Shown: positions 39,262-54,676, counted from the stretch's first letter. The stretch is 64,000 bases of DNA from Phoronis australis (GCA_002633005.1 NMRA01000275.1:1-64000); one strand, 5' to 3'. Numbers and translations are program-made. The notes: a model not told the origin generated them from the letters alone.

Positions 39262-40659
39262 GGCGAAATTTTCACTGCACTTTGGAAAACAATAACAAAT
39301 AACGACAGCTTACACTATGATAAAACATGAAGTAAACTCTTCACAATTTGGCACAGCAATACTTGTGATTACCACTCGAGGCTCCACTCCACCAAACACG
39401 TCACTGACATATCAGCCAATCAGTGATCGCTGTCAGGATTTCAGTCTTTTGACAATAAATATGAATCTGCTTTTGTTTGGCGCACAACTCAGGCAAATGT
39501 GAGTTTTATTTGTATGTTAAAACGGATTAACAGCTGCATTATTTTTACTACATTCCCTTTTAAAGGAGAAATCAAGCATATTTTATGAGACCTTTTATAA
39601 AAACACAAATCCCAGGTTATCTTGGAAATACCTATATTTACAGCTAAGCAAACAATAGAATATGACACAAATGGCCCAACAATGCCCCATCCCCCCATCT
39701 CCTGGTTCTGTATTCATTAAATGTATTTTAATACATTGTTAGTTCTTAAAAGAACTAATAATGTCGTATTCCCTTCTGAACACGGCCTGCACAGGTCATT
39801 TCCTGTTTGGTTAGTGACATTAAATGCAATATCAAGATGTAGTCACCTTGTCAGTCATTCATGCCACTTTCTATCTATGGTTCAATGGATAGTGCATACT
39901 TGCCAAGAGAACAATGTAATTAATACAAAAAACGTTAACATCAAAAATGATGCTTTCCCTTCAAGATTGAAAAGTTTTGGCATTTAGGTGTGCTCATAAC
40001 TTGAAAAAGGTTTACACACTTCAGTATACAAACCATCATGTGAAGAGCATCCATTCCGAAAAACCATGTTTTTGTGCATAAGCGATGGATTGTTTTTTGA
40101 CTCGTAAATCTGAAAGGAGAAAAGGGCAGTAAAGTACTAGAGACAACAAAAAAAAAACAACAAAACACGAAAGAAGCAAAGACAATCGTGGAAAAAATCC
40201 ACAGATGGAGACATTCTCCAAAATGTGGAACACTGAAATTCAAGTTAAAATTGAATTTTCTTGATTCCAAAGATTGGGATCTTGGCGATTTTGATATTCA
40301 TTATATAGGGCAGTGTGATATATATCAAAAGAGTCTGGAAATACACTAGCCACCAATGCACCGTTAAATCATAGTTTGTAATAATATCTCAAGTGAATAT
40401 TATCATAATCGTAGTTCTTGATATAGTAAAAGCAAATATTGCCTATTTCTAATATATGGTACAAGCTCAAAATGTTTCTTTTGGCGTTTCACTGCTTTTG
40501 TCACGGATTACTACAATAATCAAAAATACGTAGCCAGTAAAAAGTGTCAGCAATCAAAGGAACCACCATGGAAGCTTTAGCTTATTACATTGCTTCATAC
40601 ACTTTGGCAAGGAAGTGGGCTATGATGGGATGATGTGTTCTACACCTGAACACTGAGGT

Positions 40660-41233
40660 ACGAGGTTGACACCAGGTTGCTAATTGCAACTTTGCAAAAA
40701 TCGCCAGGTCACCAAACAAAATCTGAGGTCGCAAAAATTGACGTCAAGATTAGCAACTAAAAAAGATCATGCTGTCTCAAATGTTTAAGCATTAATCTTA
40801 CATTTTCTCCAAGGAAAAAATATGAATACACCATTCAATTCAACAAAATTGTCCTGCAGACAATCGGATACACCGGAGGCTCATGCTTTATGGGCCAGTC
40901 TAGCATGACTTTTTGTTGACGTATTTCCACTTCTGTTTGTTAACTTTTTGTAGCAATTTAACCGCATGTTTGATGTGTGCTGACAGCTGAAGGTGGCAAA
41001 TGCACTGATTTCATGAAATGAAAGGAACAATTGAGAACAAAATGTATTGAATCTAGGAAAACTGTTGGTAGTTGAAACCTTGGAACTAAGTCACCACAAA
41101 TTTGAAAGGAATTTCAGGAGAATTATTGTCAGACTTTGATACTCGTGGTGGCACAGTGTGGCGGCTTCGGTTTCGTCCCAGGTCGCCAAACACAAAGCTG
41201 CATTAGTGACCTGCAGGTCGCAAAATGAAGCAC
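40660..41233. mobile_element. MITE-like repeat related to 62343-62899
   Basis: Shared GGTGGCAAATGC…GATTTCA.GAAAT…AATCTAGG…ACTTTGATACTCGT. Confidence 0.6.
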
Positions 41234-41404
41234 TGGTGAACCTGATCAGTTCCAAAGCATACCGTAACAGTAAAATCTTACTAATTTTGGATAAAAGTAA
41301 GTGTCAAAATGACCCATTCTTGACTCTACAAGACAGTGCATCTAACATTGTAATGAATGGTCACATTTTTGAAAACATCGTTTGAAAGTAGCCATGGCAT
41401 AAAA

Positions 41405-42460
41405 CTCTGGTGTCAGAGGTCAAAGAAAATGGAGGACGAGGTATGAAGTGTGATGATTGTGAATTAAGTTCGTTATTGTTTGCGGACGATTTTGTGCTTG
41501 TGGCGGACACAGTGCCTGGTCTCCAGAGGAAATTAAATGTATTGCACAACTACTGTGTGGATTGGAGTCTTTGTGTTAATCTTGATAAGACAAATATTGT
41601 TTTCTTCAAGCGAGGTGGGACTCTGTCGGCACAAGAACGGTGGTTCTACAATAAGAAATCGGTAGAAACGAAATCTTATTACTTTTTAAGCATCTTGGTG
41701 TGACATTTTCTTGCAGATTAAAATGGAATGAAAATTGTAGAATATCAGCTTTACAAGCTAGAAAAGCAATGAACATGTTAAAAGCATGTTTAACCAAAGT
41801 GAATTGTAGATCCCCGCATGTATGTTTTAAATTGTTTGATAGTATGGTAGTTCCTATATTGTTATATGGTGCTGAGATATGGGGTACAGTATATTCGAAA
41901 GACATAGAAAGTGTTCACAATGATTTTGGTGTCCCAAAGAAAACAAGTAACGTTATGGCCAGAGGAGAATGCAGCAGGCATTTATTATCTGTGAAATACT
42001 TGTGCAGACGAAACTGCTACAGATGAATAACCCCAGATACCCAAAGAAAAGTTACAGGATGCTGTGGGAAGACTGTGAAAAAGGACGAACAAATTGGGCC
42101 AGTGCAGTTAAAGATATTTTATTCAGATACGGGTTTGGGGAGGTATGGATAAGTGGACCGGGTAACATTGATTTATTTATATCAGAATTTAAGCACAGAT
42201 TGTTGGATTGTGGTGCCCAAGAATGGAGGACATCAGTGCAGAGCTCTAGCAAGTGCTCATTTTACTCCATTTTCAAAACAGATTTATCTTGTGAAGAATA
42301 CCTTTACAGTCTACCACCAACTCTACGTAGAATTTTAGCCAAATTCAGGTGCTCTGGACACCAACTGAAAATAGAAACTGGTAGGCACCATGACATTCCA
42401 AAGGGAGATAGACTTTGCGAAATTTGCAACCGTTCAGAAATTGAAGACGAAATATACTTA
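41405..42460 (+). mobile_element. RTEX-like LINE fragment (RT C-terminal half to CCHC tail)
   Basis: LLFADDFVL…WSLCVNLDKT; LFDSMVVPILLYGAEIWG; NWASAVKDILFRYGF; FRCSGHQLKIETGR…CEIC…EDE. Confidence 0.9.
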
Positions 42461-42463
42461 TTA

Positions 42464-42500
42464 CTCTCTCTCTCTCTCTCTCTCCCTCCCTCCCTCCCTC
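42464..42500. repeat. (CT)n/(CCCT)n microsatellite at a contig join
   Basis: Visible directly; ends at N42501. Confidence 0.9.
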
Positions 42501-43155
42501 NCTGAATCCATACTGTTGTTTTATCATAAAAATTACAGACCTATTGATTGGAAGTAAATTTTAATTTTGTAACTTGGTCTAGTTGGCTGATTTTCCGCAA
42601 ACGAGGAGTATGTTCAGAAAAAGCATTTTTGGAGCTAAACGTCAAATTCAAATTTATGCAAGGGCTATACAAAATATATACCAGTTCATGTGTTGCACAG
42701 TGCCAAATATACGCAAGAGTGCATCAATACAGCACTCACCATCTCAATGTACAAATCTCAGGACTGCACCTTCAATAATATACTGTCATTTTCAGGAACT
42801 TTTTTGTGAACAAGATTTTTTGCAAATGAAAATGTTATAGTAGTGGAATCCACTGCGATAAGTTTTTTTTTGGCAAGCTAATCAAATGTAAACCTTTAAT
42901 CGGGACATGCGCTAAGCGTATTGTCAGAAATTAGTCCTGTAGACTAGCTCATCCACAAACATGCTCCATAATTGACACGTGTTCATAAATTCACAATAGA
43001 AGTAAACTACATCAAAAGTGACCCAATATTTAATTCTGTACTGCCAGCTTTGTTCCATCCTCCATTCTAAAAGCAGCTGAACAAACCACAGTAGTTTCAG
43101 AAGCTTTTTCTAATTTGTAAATAAGATGATGAATGAAAGAGCAATTGCGTTTACA

Positions 43156-43374
43156 TTATTTACGCATACCAAACTTGTTGACATCATTAACTTCGTACCT
43201 TCTCATACTAAGACCCAATTCTTTGTAAACATGCTTGATAGATTTACTGTCTGAGAACTCTAGCGTCTTTTTGCAGTCCTTCATTCGATTGGCCAAGGCC
43301 TCAAAGGACACAGACTTTTCCAGGAACTCCTTGCTGCATTTCTTCAATGCTTCCATCAAACCCTGTTGGGAGGA
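43156..43374 (-). CDS. Candidate terminal exon of an unidentified minus-strand gene
   Basis: ttttattatAG acceptor; open frame SSQQGLMEALKKCSKEFLEK…KFGMRK*; helical, protein-like composition. Confidence 0.4.
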   Translation of the reverse strand, partial: SSQQGLMEALKKCSKEFLEKSVSFEALANRMKDCKKTLEFSDSKSIKHVYKELGLSMRRYEVNDVNKFGMRK

Positions 43375-45899
43375 CTATAATAAAATCAAATGAAAGTAAG
43401 TTTTGTTCAACAGAAATTGTATTTTAATTTTGTTTCCAACTACAGAATAAACTGATCTGAATTGACTTCTTGTCAATTCCAAGACCGCAATGATAACAGT
43501 TGCCAATCAGTAAGTACAACAAAGTAAGTAAATGCAAAGGACCCTCAGTCTCAGGATGCATGACTTGTAACCAAACAAACATAATTTCACACTGTAATGT
43601 GTGATATTAAGCTTGATTAACCAACTTTCAGGAACTTACGTCAAGTATAAAGAAAGCCTAAACTGTCAACACTCACCTACTGAAGTCAGTCCAGACTCAT
43701 CACGAGGGTACCTCAAATTTCAGTGACAGTACCCGTTTAGGTAATAAATTAGAGGAAAAAAATTTCTAGACCACCAAATGTCTTATTTTTATCGCACTAT
43801 CGTGAAACTGATGCAAAGTAGCGGCGTGGAGTGAGCAATTGAAGTGTGACTATGCAGACATGTGAGCGCATTTCTGTGTACTTGGATGCAAATCGGCATC
43901 AGCTTTACTGGCCATTAACAATGAAAAATAGAAAAAAACATTCACAGACAGTCATGTTTCAACAAACAAGAACAAGTTTAATCTCAAAACAGTGAGACCC
44001 AATAGCAATCTGCGCCCCTGTGCTTGATTTTGCTGCCCGGACACAGTAACCGGTGAAGTAATTCCCTTGCAGTTGCCGTGACTCTTCACCAGGAAAATAA
44101 TCACTAGCTAAATTGGCTTTGATGTTCAATTATTAGGGAAAATACTTTTTAAATGCGACAAAAACTTACAATATAATGGCTCTGTTGTCTAAATATAAAA
44201 ATTCCGTGATTAAAAGCAAACGGGGGGGAGTGTAGTGAATTGTAGTCAGTGAGCTGAATGTCAGAGATTAAAAAATATTGCAGTGTTAGGAGCATGACGC
44301 ATTATATTTTAATCTCTTTGATACACCAATTTCACCATTCAAGGCCCGGGCAGCTAATTAATGTGTTCATATTGTGCCGCGGAGCACATCTGACAGACGT
44401 TCACAGGCCAGGCAGTCCGACTCTGCCGGGCAGTAGCTTATACGAATGCTTCTGGCTGAGTGAGAGTTATTCCCTTAAGTTCATTATTGACAACCAGTAA
44501 AACCCGCTTAGCCTAGTTGCCATATATAGTTGGCGTTCTACAGCAGACGAGTGAAATTTTATTTTCTCGCTTAAACACACACTCTGGGAGTTCGAGAGTG
44601 TGCATTAAAGGTAGTGAACACAATACTGATATGGTAAAAATTCCCGAATTTAGGACAGTCCCCTCATTTTCAGACACCTAAATCCAATCCCAAACTGAAT
44701 TTTTTCGATTCTGAAATGTGGGACACGGTCGAATTTGGCACTCACCATATTTCTCAGATTTTGGACACAACAATTTTGGCACCATTGGACGTAATTCTCA
44801 TATTTCGGAAAGTGCATTTTTTCGAATGATCGGTGATTATTTACACATCGTTTAAATTTGCCACCGGTGTAATGTATTGACTGATGTCGCAGTCTATAGT
44901 TATCAATGTGGATGATTTGTACATATCTTGCACATTTTCTTGGCAGTCGTAATCATGGAATATTTGCCATGCTTGATTGCAGTTTCACTATGCCAATGAA
45001 ATGCATACTCTCCGACTTTCGTGTTAATCGCTAGTGCCACGCTTTGTTTTTGGATTAACAGCTAATAATAAGTACCAGTGATGAGACCGTTGTGTTACCA
45101 AGTTGAATCCCGGGTTCACATCTTCAATATTTAACCTTCCTCGCTGCGCCTTGACCTCCGCTATGCCATGCGCCTGAATTGGCAAAACGATGCTGTTTAT
45201 TGTCAAGTTAAAACAGACTTTGGGAAAAACAAAAATCAATATATCTTTATGTCTCTCTGTAACTGACATTCTATTTACTAGCCTACTTTGTATCTACCCG
45301 TACTCATCCAGGGTAACCGCTTAAATTGGGAACCTAAAAAACAGGGGAAGGGCGATAAGCCGAGCATGAGCGGTTAAAATTAAGTCGGGAGAGAGTACTT
45401 ATTGCACAGAGGACTGACTTTTAACCTCACGGAGCTACACTGATGTCGGACTTCTAAGTATGTTAGTTAAAATATTCATCAACGGATTGAAATAACAGAC
45501 TTTGACAGCTTGAAGTGGAATAGTACACACGATACAGTGGCGCCGTGATCCCAAGTGTGACTGGGTTTTTACATAGATCGGTCGCTGCTCTTCATGTCTT
45601 AGAACTAAGGTAGGTGTGCATTCAGTAGGACAAATTTTCTGAGAGAAAAGCAAGATCATGCAAGACTCCACTAGTTCGCCATGAATTTCTAAGGGAAGCG
45701 CATTATTTTGTTGAGATTTGCTCATCACTAGACACTTAAGCAACCAAACATGTGCTAATGATTGACAGGTCTTAATTCTTTGAACCTAGTTTGAAAGCCA
45801 ACACCGTGGGACCTTATTTACATTATCTAGTTTGCTGGAAAGTTGTTTTGGCGGGATTGTTTGAGTGACAGGTGACTCATAAGTATGTCGCACCCGCTG

Positions 45900-48030
45900 C
45901 AGGCCCGTAGCCAGGGGGGTTCGCGGGATACGATCGAACCCCCACTCCGAGGAAAAGGTCCAGCCCTAGCCAAAATTGTTGTAACTACTAGTTTTACCTA
46001 ACCACAATCCTATGCAACTTAATATTAATTTTGAATTTGTTTCCTTGTAAAACGCTTCACATAGTCAATGAGTCGTATCCAGCCCGAGTGGTGACTGCAT
46101 AGATGACGATTAGAAGAGGCTTGATGTTATTCATCGGCATTGAAAAAGCGAGTGGTCTCTACACGATAGGGTAATAAGTCTACAAGTAAATGCCTATGCC
46201 TAGCTCAAACCATATAGCATTGAGAAAGCTCCCCAAAGTAGAATGCCTTAAAATCGATAAAAAAAAATAAAACAGCAGAATTGAAAGGGTTTTGTTATTT
46301 GCTACTTTGGTGTACTTTCTAGCATAGCATGGATACAGTGCAGGAATTTTCAAATTTCGAATTGAAAGTGATCGTCAAATATATTGTTCATCAAGTGTCC
46401 ACTTAGATTGTGGATGGTGGACTGACGTGCGTGTGTGTACACGTGTGTGCGTTTCCGTTCTTTTAAATTCACTACACGCCGACGGTAAGTTCACCGACTA
46501 CTCTGTCGTTTCTCAAAAATCAGAAATTTAGCTACCGTGTTTTCTGCACTGATAAATCCCCGAATGTTCACATTGTTAGGTAAGTCTAGACCTAATTAAA
46601 ACTTTGATCAAAGAAGAAAGTCTTCTCTTATAGATCAATGTCAATGGTGCACAGCCTCGCAGATTTCATACAAGCAACAATCTTGTGGAAAAAGATTTCC
46701 AAGGTTACATGGAAGGTTTACTACTCTGAAGGCTTGCTACCTTCAGAAGTTCACTACTTCAAACGTCCACAATATTCCGAAACCAGAACTCCGACAGTTC
46801 ATTACTCTGATTTTCTACTAATGATTCAGAACTGACATGAATAAAGTGTCGTATTTGTGTCTATTTAATGTAGAAAATAAATCTGAAACTAAATAAGGCG
46901 ATCCAGATCCTCCAAAGGATACTATTGTTTCATGAAATGTAGAATATAAATCGGGAATCATTTACAGGGTGTGCAAGAGTTGAATAGTCTCAAAATGTTG
47001 ATTTACATTGTTTATAGAAGAACCCAGTTCCAATCACTGGCAATCGTTATTCTTGAATCTAACTACAGATTCATTCTGAATTAGGGACATATCATCTGGG
47101 GCATCGGTGGTTTAAATTTAAGAAGACTGAATGAGACTTCATGAAGACTGGCAGGGACAGGGTAGCCTACTAAGTACATTTAGTTTCGATCTGACCGTGC
47201 GAGTATATCCAATGGGCGAGGTTGAAGCGCAGCGGCCCAAAGCTTTTCTGTCACGCGGTGAGATAATGCGATCTTGACATGGGATTGATGAGTGGCTCGT
47301 GGTTGATAATTCATCAACATTCCTACCTCATATTCTTTTAGAAATGGAAGCACATACTCATTTTTCCATATTCGTAAGACATGCGGACAATTTCATCCTA
47401 ACAAATTGATTTATTAGCCAGGTGTATTTTTGTCAGTATATTTGCATCTAATAACAGAAGTGTCACTTATTTTTGCATGTAACTATATAACAGTTAAACC
47501 TGAGTAAGAAATTTTAGACATTTTCGGAGTAATGAACCTTTGAAGAGGTGAATCTTTGAAGTAATGAACCGTCGGAATAATGAACCTTTGGAATAACGGG
47601 CTGTTCCCATTTCCAGCTATGTAAGCAACTTTTAACAAAACTACATGATGAAAAATTACGTCAAGTCATGCTCAGACTAAATATTACTGTCCGAGTATAT
47701 AACGAGGTGTAATCACTCATTTAAAAAGGTCTGATTTGAAAGTTTGGCAGGAGGTAACACGAAAACATGAGGCCTATATTGATCATTACGTCCAAATTTG
47801 AGTCCTGTTTTCTGCGAGCAACCGTCTCGACATCCTCATTTCTGATATTACAAATTTCGTATTATCTCAGGAACATAGAGCTGAGAACCATCGTTGGCGT
47901 GGATACAGTTTTCCGTTCCCCATAATTAAGCTTCAAGCGCCTTACCAAAAAATCGAGTGTCAACGTTTGCAAAAGGTCCACCTTTCTAAAAATTCGAACC
48001 ACTCCCCAAGCAATGCTAGCTACGAGCCTG
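45900..48030. mobile_element. hAT5-like element, paralog of 7518-12375
   Basis: CGCTG TSD at 45895-45899 and 48031-48035; same TIR with one mismatch. Confidence 0.75.
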
Positions 48031-50899
48031 CGCTGCCCAGAAACAAACCAGGGTTACATATACTGAAGTCGCATCGTCTGCATTTGGTTTGTGAACAGTT
48101 AAACATGAAGACCTAAAGCACCAACGCATATTACTAATAATCAGTCAAGGCATGTTACACAACAAATATTTAATTACATTTTCCATCACAAAGTCTGGTA
48201 ACCCGATTGTGTTCAGAGTCAGTAACATCACTGTTTATGTTTTTGAGACCTTGTTTGAATTTCTTGTCAGCATTAACGATCCTGAAACAGTTGTTGGCAG
48301 CCGACTGTATAAATTCTAGGATTTTGAACACCAGAGATTTTGTCGTCTTTCTCATATTTCTTGAATTTTGTACGGCCAGTTTTGACTATTTCTAAAATTT
48401 TGTAACAGTTCAAAACAATTTTTTTCTAAAATTCAAGAATTTTTACCGTATGTCTTTATGAGGAAGAAGAGCGTCGTATTATAGTATAAACAGCCTGAGA
48501 AGGTTTAAGAGCTAAAATTTCACACTTGTTACCTTAATGTCGTAGACACAGTAATTGTCCACTTTGTTATTCAGACTCAAGAGACTGGAACTGCCTGTGT
48601 GCTAGGGGCATTTTTGTGCTGACGGCTGTTTCCAAAGCTGACTTAATCTCCAAGATGTTACCACGCAGATCTTTTTGACGTGACATCACATTGTACACAG
48701 CATCAACAAATGGTGCGGGATGCAACTCTCTCTACATATTCTGAAAAAGACGTTCTATTTAAAAAACAAAAAGCAAGACCAACAAATCTGGACAACATGT
48801 TACAAGGAGGTTTTACAAATTATTTTCATCTCAATGCCATCTTCATGCCATGAATAATACGCTGACACAAAAGTCACGCATTTCTAAAGATATGCGTGAC
48901 TTTCACCTTTCCTCCTTCTCAGAGCAGCTTTTACCGAGATCAAAGGGAGCACGGTGCCAGAGTCTGACTTAGTTGCGATGACTGCATTGTCTGCTGAGAA
49001 CAAGACCCAATTAAGTGTAATTACTTGACCATAAACTGTAGTAAACATCTATGCTTGTATATACTGGCGAATTTTCAAAATGCATAAAAACAATCGTTTT
49101 TGTTAAAAACAAATACCACAGCTGTATTCAGACGAAAAAACAGCAAAGTTTGGATAATTCTTTTAATATACAACTAAGGTACATTAAAACATCTAAATAA
49201 ACAACACACAGTGACTAAATTAGATGTCAGAAATTTTTATAAACATCACTTATAGCCCATTGTATGCCGAGCTACTTTACTCCAGGGGTAGTACACTAAC
49301 CGGAAAACTGATATTCGTGGAAATGCGCCAATTTCGATCTTAGCTTGTAGTTGTAAGTGAACACCTGTGAAGACAACTAAGACGGCTAGCTTTGTGGTCA
49401 ACGAGAGAGTGCAAGCGGTGGATGAGGTTGGTCAGTGGGCAAGAGCTGTGATTTCATTTTTTATGACTGAGGAAAAGCTAGAATAGTTATGCAGTTACTG
49501 TAACCAAAACTGTCCAGAGGTTCCAAATCTTCAGTTTGGCTATCACCATATTTCCACTTTTGTATATATTTAATGATTTGAGTTCTAATAGAGACTGAAC
49601 TTGAACTAATGGCACATGTAGTTTTGTTTGCTGTGAAATGTTTTGTGTGGCTGTAATCTGAAAAATTCAGGGATGGGTTCACAATTAACTGACTTCTAAC
49701 TTGTTTTGATACTTTGTTTAAACACAAAATTAAAAGGCAGCAACCGTAACCGGTAAGAAAAAAAACAAGTAGACAGGAGTATTAAAATAAAGTAATGAAA
49801 ACAGGTATGAAAAATATTCAAAACCAACGTTCCTTTGTGAAGTAGTCTTTTTGTAATATTTAAAATATATCAAGTTAAAACTTCCCTCCACATTGCAGGC
49901 TTTAACTCTGTCCAAATGCCAGAGAACAATTCCAGTGTATTAATGAACACCATTGTTAAGAAAGTAGTGCTAGCTATTACCTTTCCACTTCATTAGCTCA
50001 GACCTACATCAATACAAAGGGCGAACTTAATGGGCATCATGTAAGTTGTCTGGGGCTTAGGGAATCAGAGCTGTGACCAGTGTAAGTGAGAAATTCTCCA
50101 CCTGTTACAATGATTTGTCCTGTGAACAGCATGATCAACAGCCACACAAAACACCACAACCCTACCCTGATACAATAGTATTTACCAACAATGCTAAATG
50201 TCCATCAGACACAAAATCTTACTGCTGCTATGTGGTGATCCCCAAGTCTCATCAAAACTTGCTAAGGTCAACATTCAACATTCTGATGCCAGTCAAAGGG
50301 ACACAATAGGTTTAAGGACTGCAAAAACCATTGTTCGGATTGTTGTTGTTTTTTAAGATAGAACTTTTGAAGTTATTAGCTTTAACCAGAGCCATAAAAC
50401 AGCAAAATCTGTTGCAGTTTTGTAATTCCCAGTGCTGGGTTAATAACTCTTAATAGGTCAATTTGAAATTGAGTCTATGGGGTGCCATGCAACACATCCA
50501 GGGATTGGCAAATGAAATTCTGGTGGAGGCACAGAACAGTTCTCACAGGGTTTGCCTATCGGAACACACGCCAATGTACTCTTTACCCTTTCCTCACTCT
50601 GTCAAACACTGCATGCAAATAAAGAAATGTTTTGAGTCATTTCACATCACCATGCAGCCATACGAATGAGCACAGAAATAAGGGCAAAAATACAAAATTG
50701 GCACTTTTCACCTTAAAACCTCCACTTCCCCGCCGATGCTGGACTTAAGCCAACAAGATTCCGAAAGCAAATTTCCTACGGATTCCAAAAATGTGGTCCA
50801 AAAGTACTATCAACTAACTAGATTTTACAAATCTGGCTTGCATGAGGGCTACTTGAAATCATGGCCAATTTCTCAGTTGCTACACAGCAATGCACAATT

Positions 50900-52985
50900 G
50901 ACCTATCGCAAGCTCCGTCCCTATGCGAAAAGTCACGTGATACCCGAAAATCGAACGAGATGTCAGAGGCAAATACACTGTCCCTAAACGACGTTCCTGG
51001 TGGAATCGATGAGTGTTTTTGCACTATTTGAAAACGCTTCGACAGAGACAAGAGGCGATGCTTTTCAACAGAGAATTGTACATTCATGATATGGGAATTT
51101 GTAAAGGTGGCGATGAAAAAATAAGTGCTCGAGGAGCCAGCGAAAATCCGAATAACCCCTCGCTCGACCTCGGGGTCACCTGACAAATGACAAGGCCACT
51201 GATACAATATGTTCATGTAAAGCTGGGTATGAACCTTAAAGTCGAATTATCTGTACGATTCCATAGATTTCATGATCTTTTGAATAAAATCAGTTAAGAT
51301 TCACCGATATTTTTATTCTGTCGTCTGCTAAATTTCGCCAAATGAAAAGTTGGTCACAACTGGTGGAACTCCTGCATTAAAGTAGGTCATAGATTACAGA
51401 CAACACATGCACTATAGGCTCTGAATAGGTCGACTCGATAGCACTGTTTACCCTTTTCCAATCTTGTAATGAAAAGTTTTGATAAAAAAATTCAGGTTCA
51501 TAGCTCAGGTACACACCCATCTCGTCCTAGGCAAACAGTTAGCTCCGGTAGGTCTAGGGCCTGTGTCTAAGTTAAATTAATGTCTGGAATTCAGTGGCGA
51601 ATCTAGGATACCACAGGGTGGCCCAACATATGTTGCCTCGTGGAATTGGGCAAAGTGCAATTGTATGTGCACAGGCGACCCAGAAGTTGCAGGGGCCAGG
51701 GATGTAGACCTTTGGACCTCGGTTCAGAAAATCTATCGGTGGACTAAAAAAAACAGGAACACAATTCCGCCGCGATCTGGGGTCTGAGCCCCCCTCTTCG
51801 GCTACCGGTCCTAGTTACTGAAATCAATATTTCCTCACGCTTCACGCTCTTGCTGTTTCATTTTGCTTGCGGCAGCCAAGGGAGGGGGGGCCTGCCCCCT
51901 CCCCCCCCTAAATCCGCCTATGGAATTGATCATTTCACCATTAAGACATTTAAATTAGGCCTACCTGCTTATGAACTTGACATTTTTTGTAGTTTCATTC
52001 CATAAAGGTAGCTTCCATTTAATTATTAAGGTTGCATGATCACTGAGTCGTGGTATGGTTACAAAAGATTACAAGTCTGGTGTGGTAGTTGCAAAAATAG
52101 GTATTTACAAAAATAACTCACATTCTTTTTTAAAGCTTCATAAATCTAAATATCATGTTTGAACAACGTCAAAATGAGCTCTCTCTAACTCTACAGACAT
52201 AGTGTATACTAGAGGTACACGTAAAAAAGTAATTCAACAGTTTATTTTTAGTGACAACAGCTCGACCATTAGGCTTTGAGTTCCGGAAGTAATCCAGTGC
52301 CCTTCCCTGTGCCGATCGAATCTCTGAATTTTGACCGGGAGAGAAGTTCAGTTGAACGCCAGCCTACGGTTTATGAATGACAAAAATGTACCTCTGATAC
52401 GAAACAAAATAATGTCCATTAGGTTGAAATAAATAAAAAAAAACATAAAATAAAAATGTCCTTGAAAACAACAATTTCCGGGGACTACCGCTAGTGCTGA
52501 GATCCAGCAGGTGCCGCCAGAGACAAAGGCGGCCAGACGTAGCAAACTCGGGAGTCAAAATCTGAGATAGCCCTGCACCATAGCCACCAAGCTGAAAAGT
52601 GTGCATCTTGGAACTAATATATTTGTGTTTATTATAGCCTTCGAGTTATCAAGCAACATCTCTAAATTCAGCTGCTCGTGTGGCCGTACAGTTTGATCCA
52701 TAGTTTACGCTTTTCAACATCATTTTTCGGCTTAGGACATGCCAAAAAATGACGGGATATTATTCTGGAGCAGCACAAGGCTGTCGGTGCTACACACGCC
52801 ATATCAACACCGTTTCCTCATTCTTAGCGGACAATTTCTTGAGCTATAGACTAAAGTAAGTTTTACTCGACTACGTGTGGTTTGTCGGGTAAAATGGCGG
52901 CTTGGAAACGCAGACAAAGGTGTGCCATGAATGCTGCGTTCTGATTGGTCAATTAAGCCGCCTGTCATAATCCTGGCGACAGGTC
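50900..52985. mobile_element. Non-autonomous TIR DNA transposon absent from paralogs
   Basis: (T)GACCTATCGC…GCGACAGGTC(A); interrupts CACAATTGCAAC, which is intact at ~15268 and ~55239; TSD approximately AATT/AAAT. Confidence 0.75.
51592..51922. mobile_element. Nested GC-rich MITE with 5-bp TSD
   Basis: CAGTGGCGAATCTAGG…CCTAAATCCGCCTATG; GAATT at 51587-51591 and 51923-51927. Confidence 0.75.
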
Positions 52986-54486
52986 AAATGCAACAGGGGG
53001 CCACCATCTTAAAAAAGAGTGCAGCTACAGCCGAGAAAGTGGCTTTTTTCATTCTCAGCATGTTCACAAATACAAACATACCACAATCACATGGCCTCCA
53101 TACAATACCGAACTAAAAATGCCCCCAAGCCTGGCCCACTTCTAGATGTTAACATTTTGGGAGCGCCACAGCCTAACTGTTCAGTGCCACCTTAAAGAAA
53201 ATCATATTTTCCAAATTTTGTTCAGAATAGTTCCTCTCCATCTACTCACCTACTGTGTCAAATAAAAAGTTAAACCGATGGCCATTTTGCTTTTTGAGGT
53301 GATCAGATGTGCCCAGCCTGAAGGCTGGGTTTTTCAGGCCAGACCCATTTTAAGCTGTTCTGTTTTGCACTATACTCAGTAGGGTTAGGGTACAAATTCA
53401 AGAAAATTGATCAACTTAAATATGAAACAAGCAACAAAAGTTTAATTCAAGTTAGTTTCCTAACCCCACAGCTTTACCAATTACTCCTCACCGAGGCTCA
53501 CTCGTTGTGTATAGAGGACATATTTATTGAAGTCGACTTGGATAACCATAACAGGTATGGAAACAAGAAATTTGGACAGCTAAGTTTCTCTCACAACTTT
53601 ATTTTTTGAGTGGTGAGCACATACAAAATAGCCCGGAAAGCTTAACAGTTTCATTTGAAGCAGAGTGAGAAAAAGGACAATTCAGAGGGGACATAATTCA
53701 TTCAACAAAGACCGCTACCCGTCAGGAATCGGATTTAGTGAACTTTAACTCGCTGCGTAGGTGAGTGGTGGCGTTGTTGCAAAAGATATTAACCAGGTGG
53801 CACTGGTAAAACTTCCGGGAAGTCGCACGCACGGAAAAGAAAAGGAGATGCACGAGACGCGGGGACACAGGAAGAAATCACAATTTTGTTTGTCAGGAAT
53901 ATTGACCAGTGGATTTCTGGTGTGAAAAGGACAGTCAACTAAGCCATTATGAAATAAAAGGCTTTAAAACTGTTGTGCGACACCGTACGAGTTCGACGGA
54001 CTGTGAACAGTGTGAACAACTTCAATTTTAGAGGACAAAACATGTGTCAAAAGTGGAACCATTTCGTAATCGTATAGCATGGGCCAAATTTTAAATTCAG
54101 TTAACTTGAGTCGGGACATAGACATTTAGTTCAGCGTGGTGCTTCAGGAACTTTATAAAGAACTCTCATTTAAACAAGTTTAACATGGTTTATTGGTTTC
54201 ATTAAAGTTATATTTAAACCACACACTGAGTTAGAGTGATCATTCCACACAAACCGTAACACTACCCCACCAGTAGACAAAGACAGACAGATGGCGCAAT
54301 AAACGGTTGCAGTGCAGTGCGTCTCCCACATTTTGAAGCTAAGGGGCCCACTTACCCCTCACTGATGGTGATGGCTCTGGGTCAACACTTTCTTACAAGT
54401 TCAGGTCAAACACTGAAAGAAAAAGCAGTTATCATGAGACCAAACGACAGGACAGCGGGAAGGAATGTCACCGTAAACATGCACCT

Positions 54487-54676
54487 GGGGTTAGGGTTAG
54501 GTTTACAGAGTTAGGGTTACAGGGTGAGAGTTACAGGGTTAGGGTAAGAGTTCCAGGGTTAGGATTAGGGTCAGGACAGCACTAGGGTTAGGGTTGGACT
54601 TACAAGGTTAGGGTTAGAGTTCTGGTGTTAGGCTTAGAGTCCCACGTTTAGGGTTTGGGTTAGGGCTAGCTAGGGT
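54487..54676 (+). repeat. Degenerate interstitial (TTAGGG)n-like tract
   Basis: Many TTAGGG hexamers interspersed with variants. Confidence 0.8.

Noticed and set aside
54487-54676. True telomere or chromosome-fusion scar
   Set aside because: Short, highly degenerate, single orientation, embedded in a repeat.
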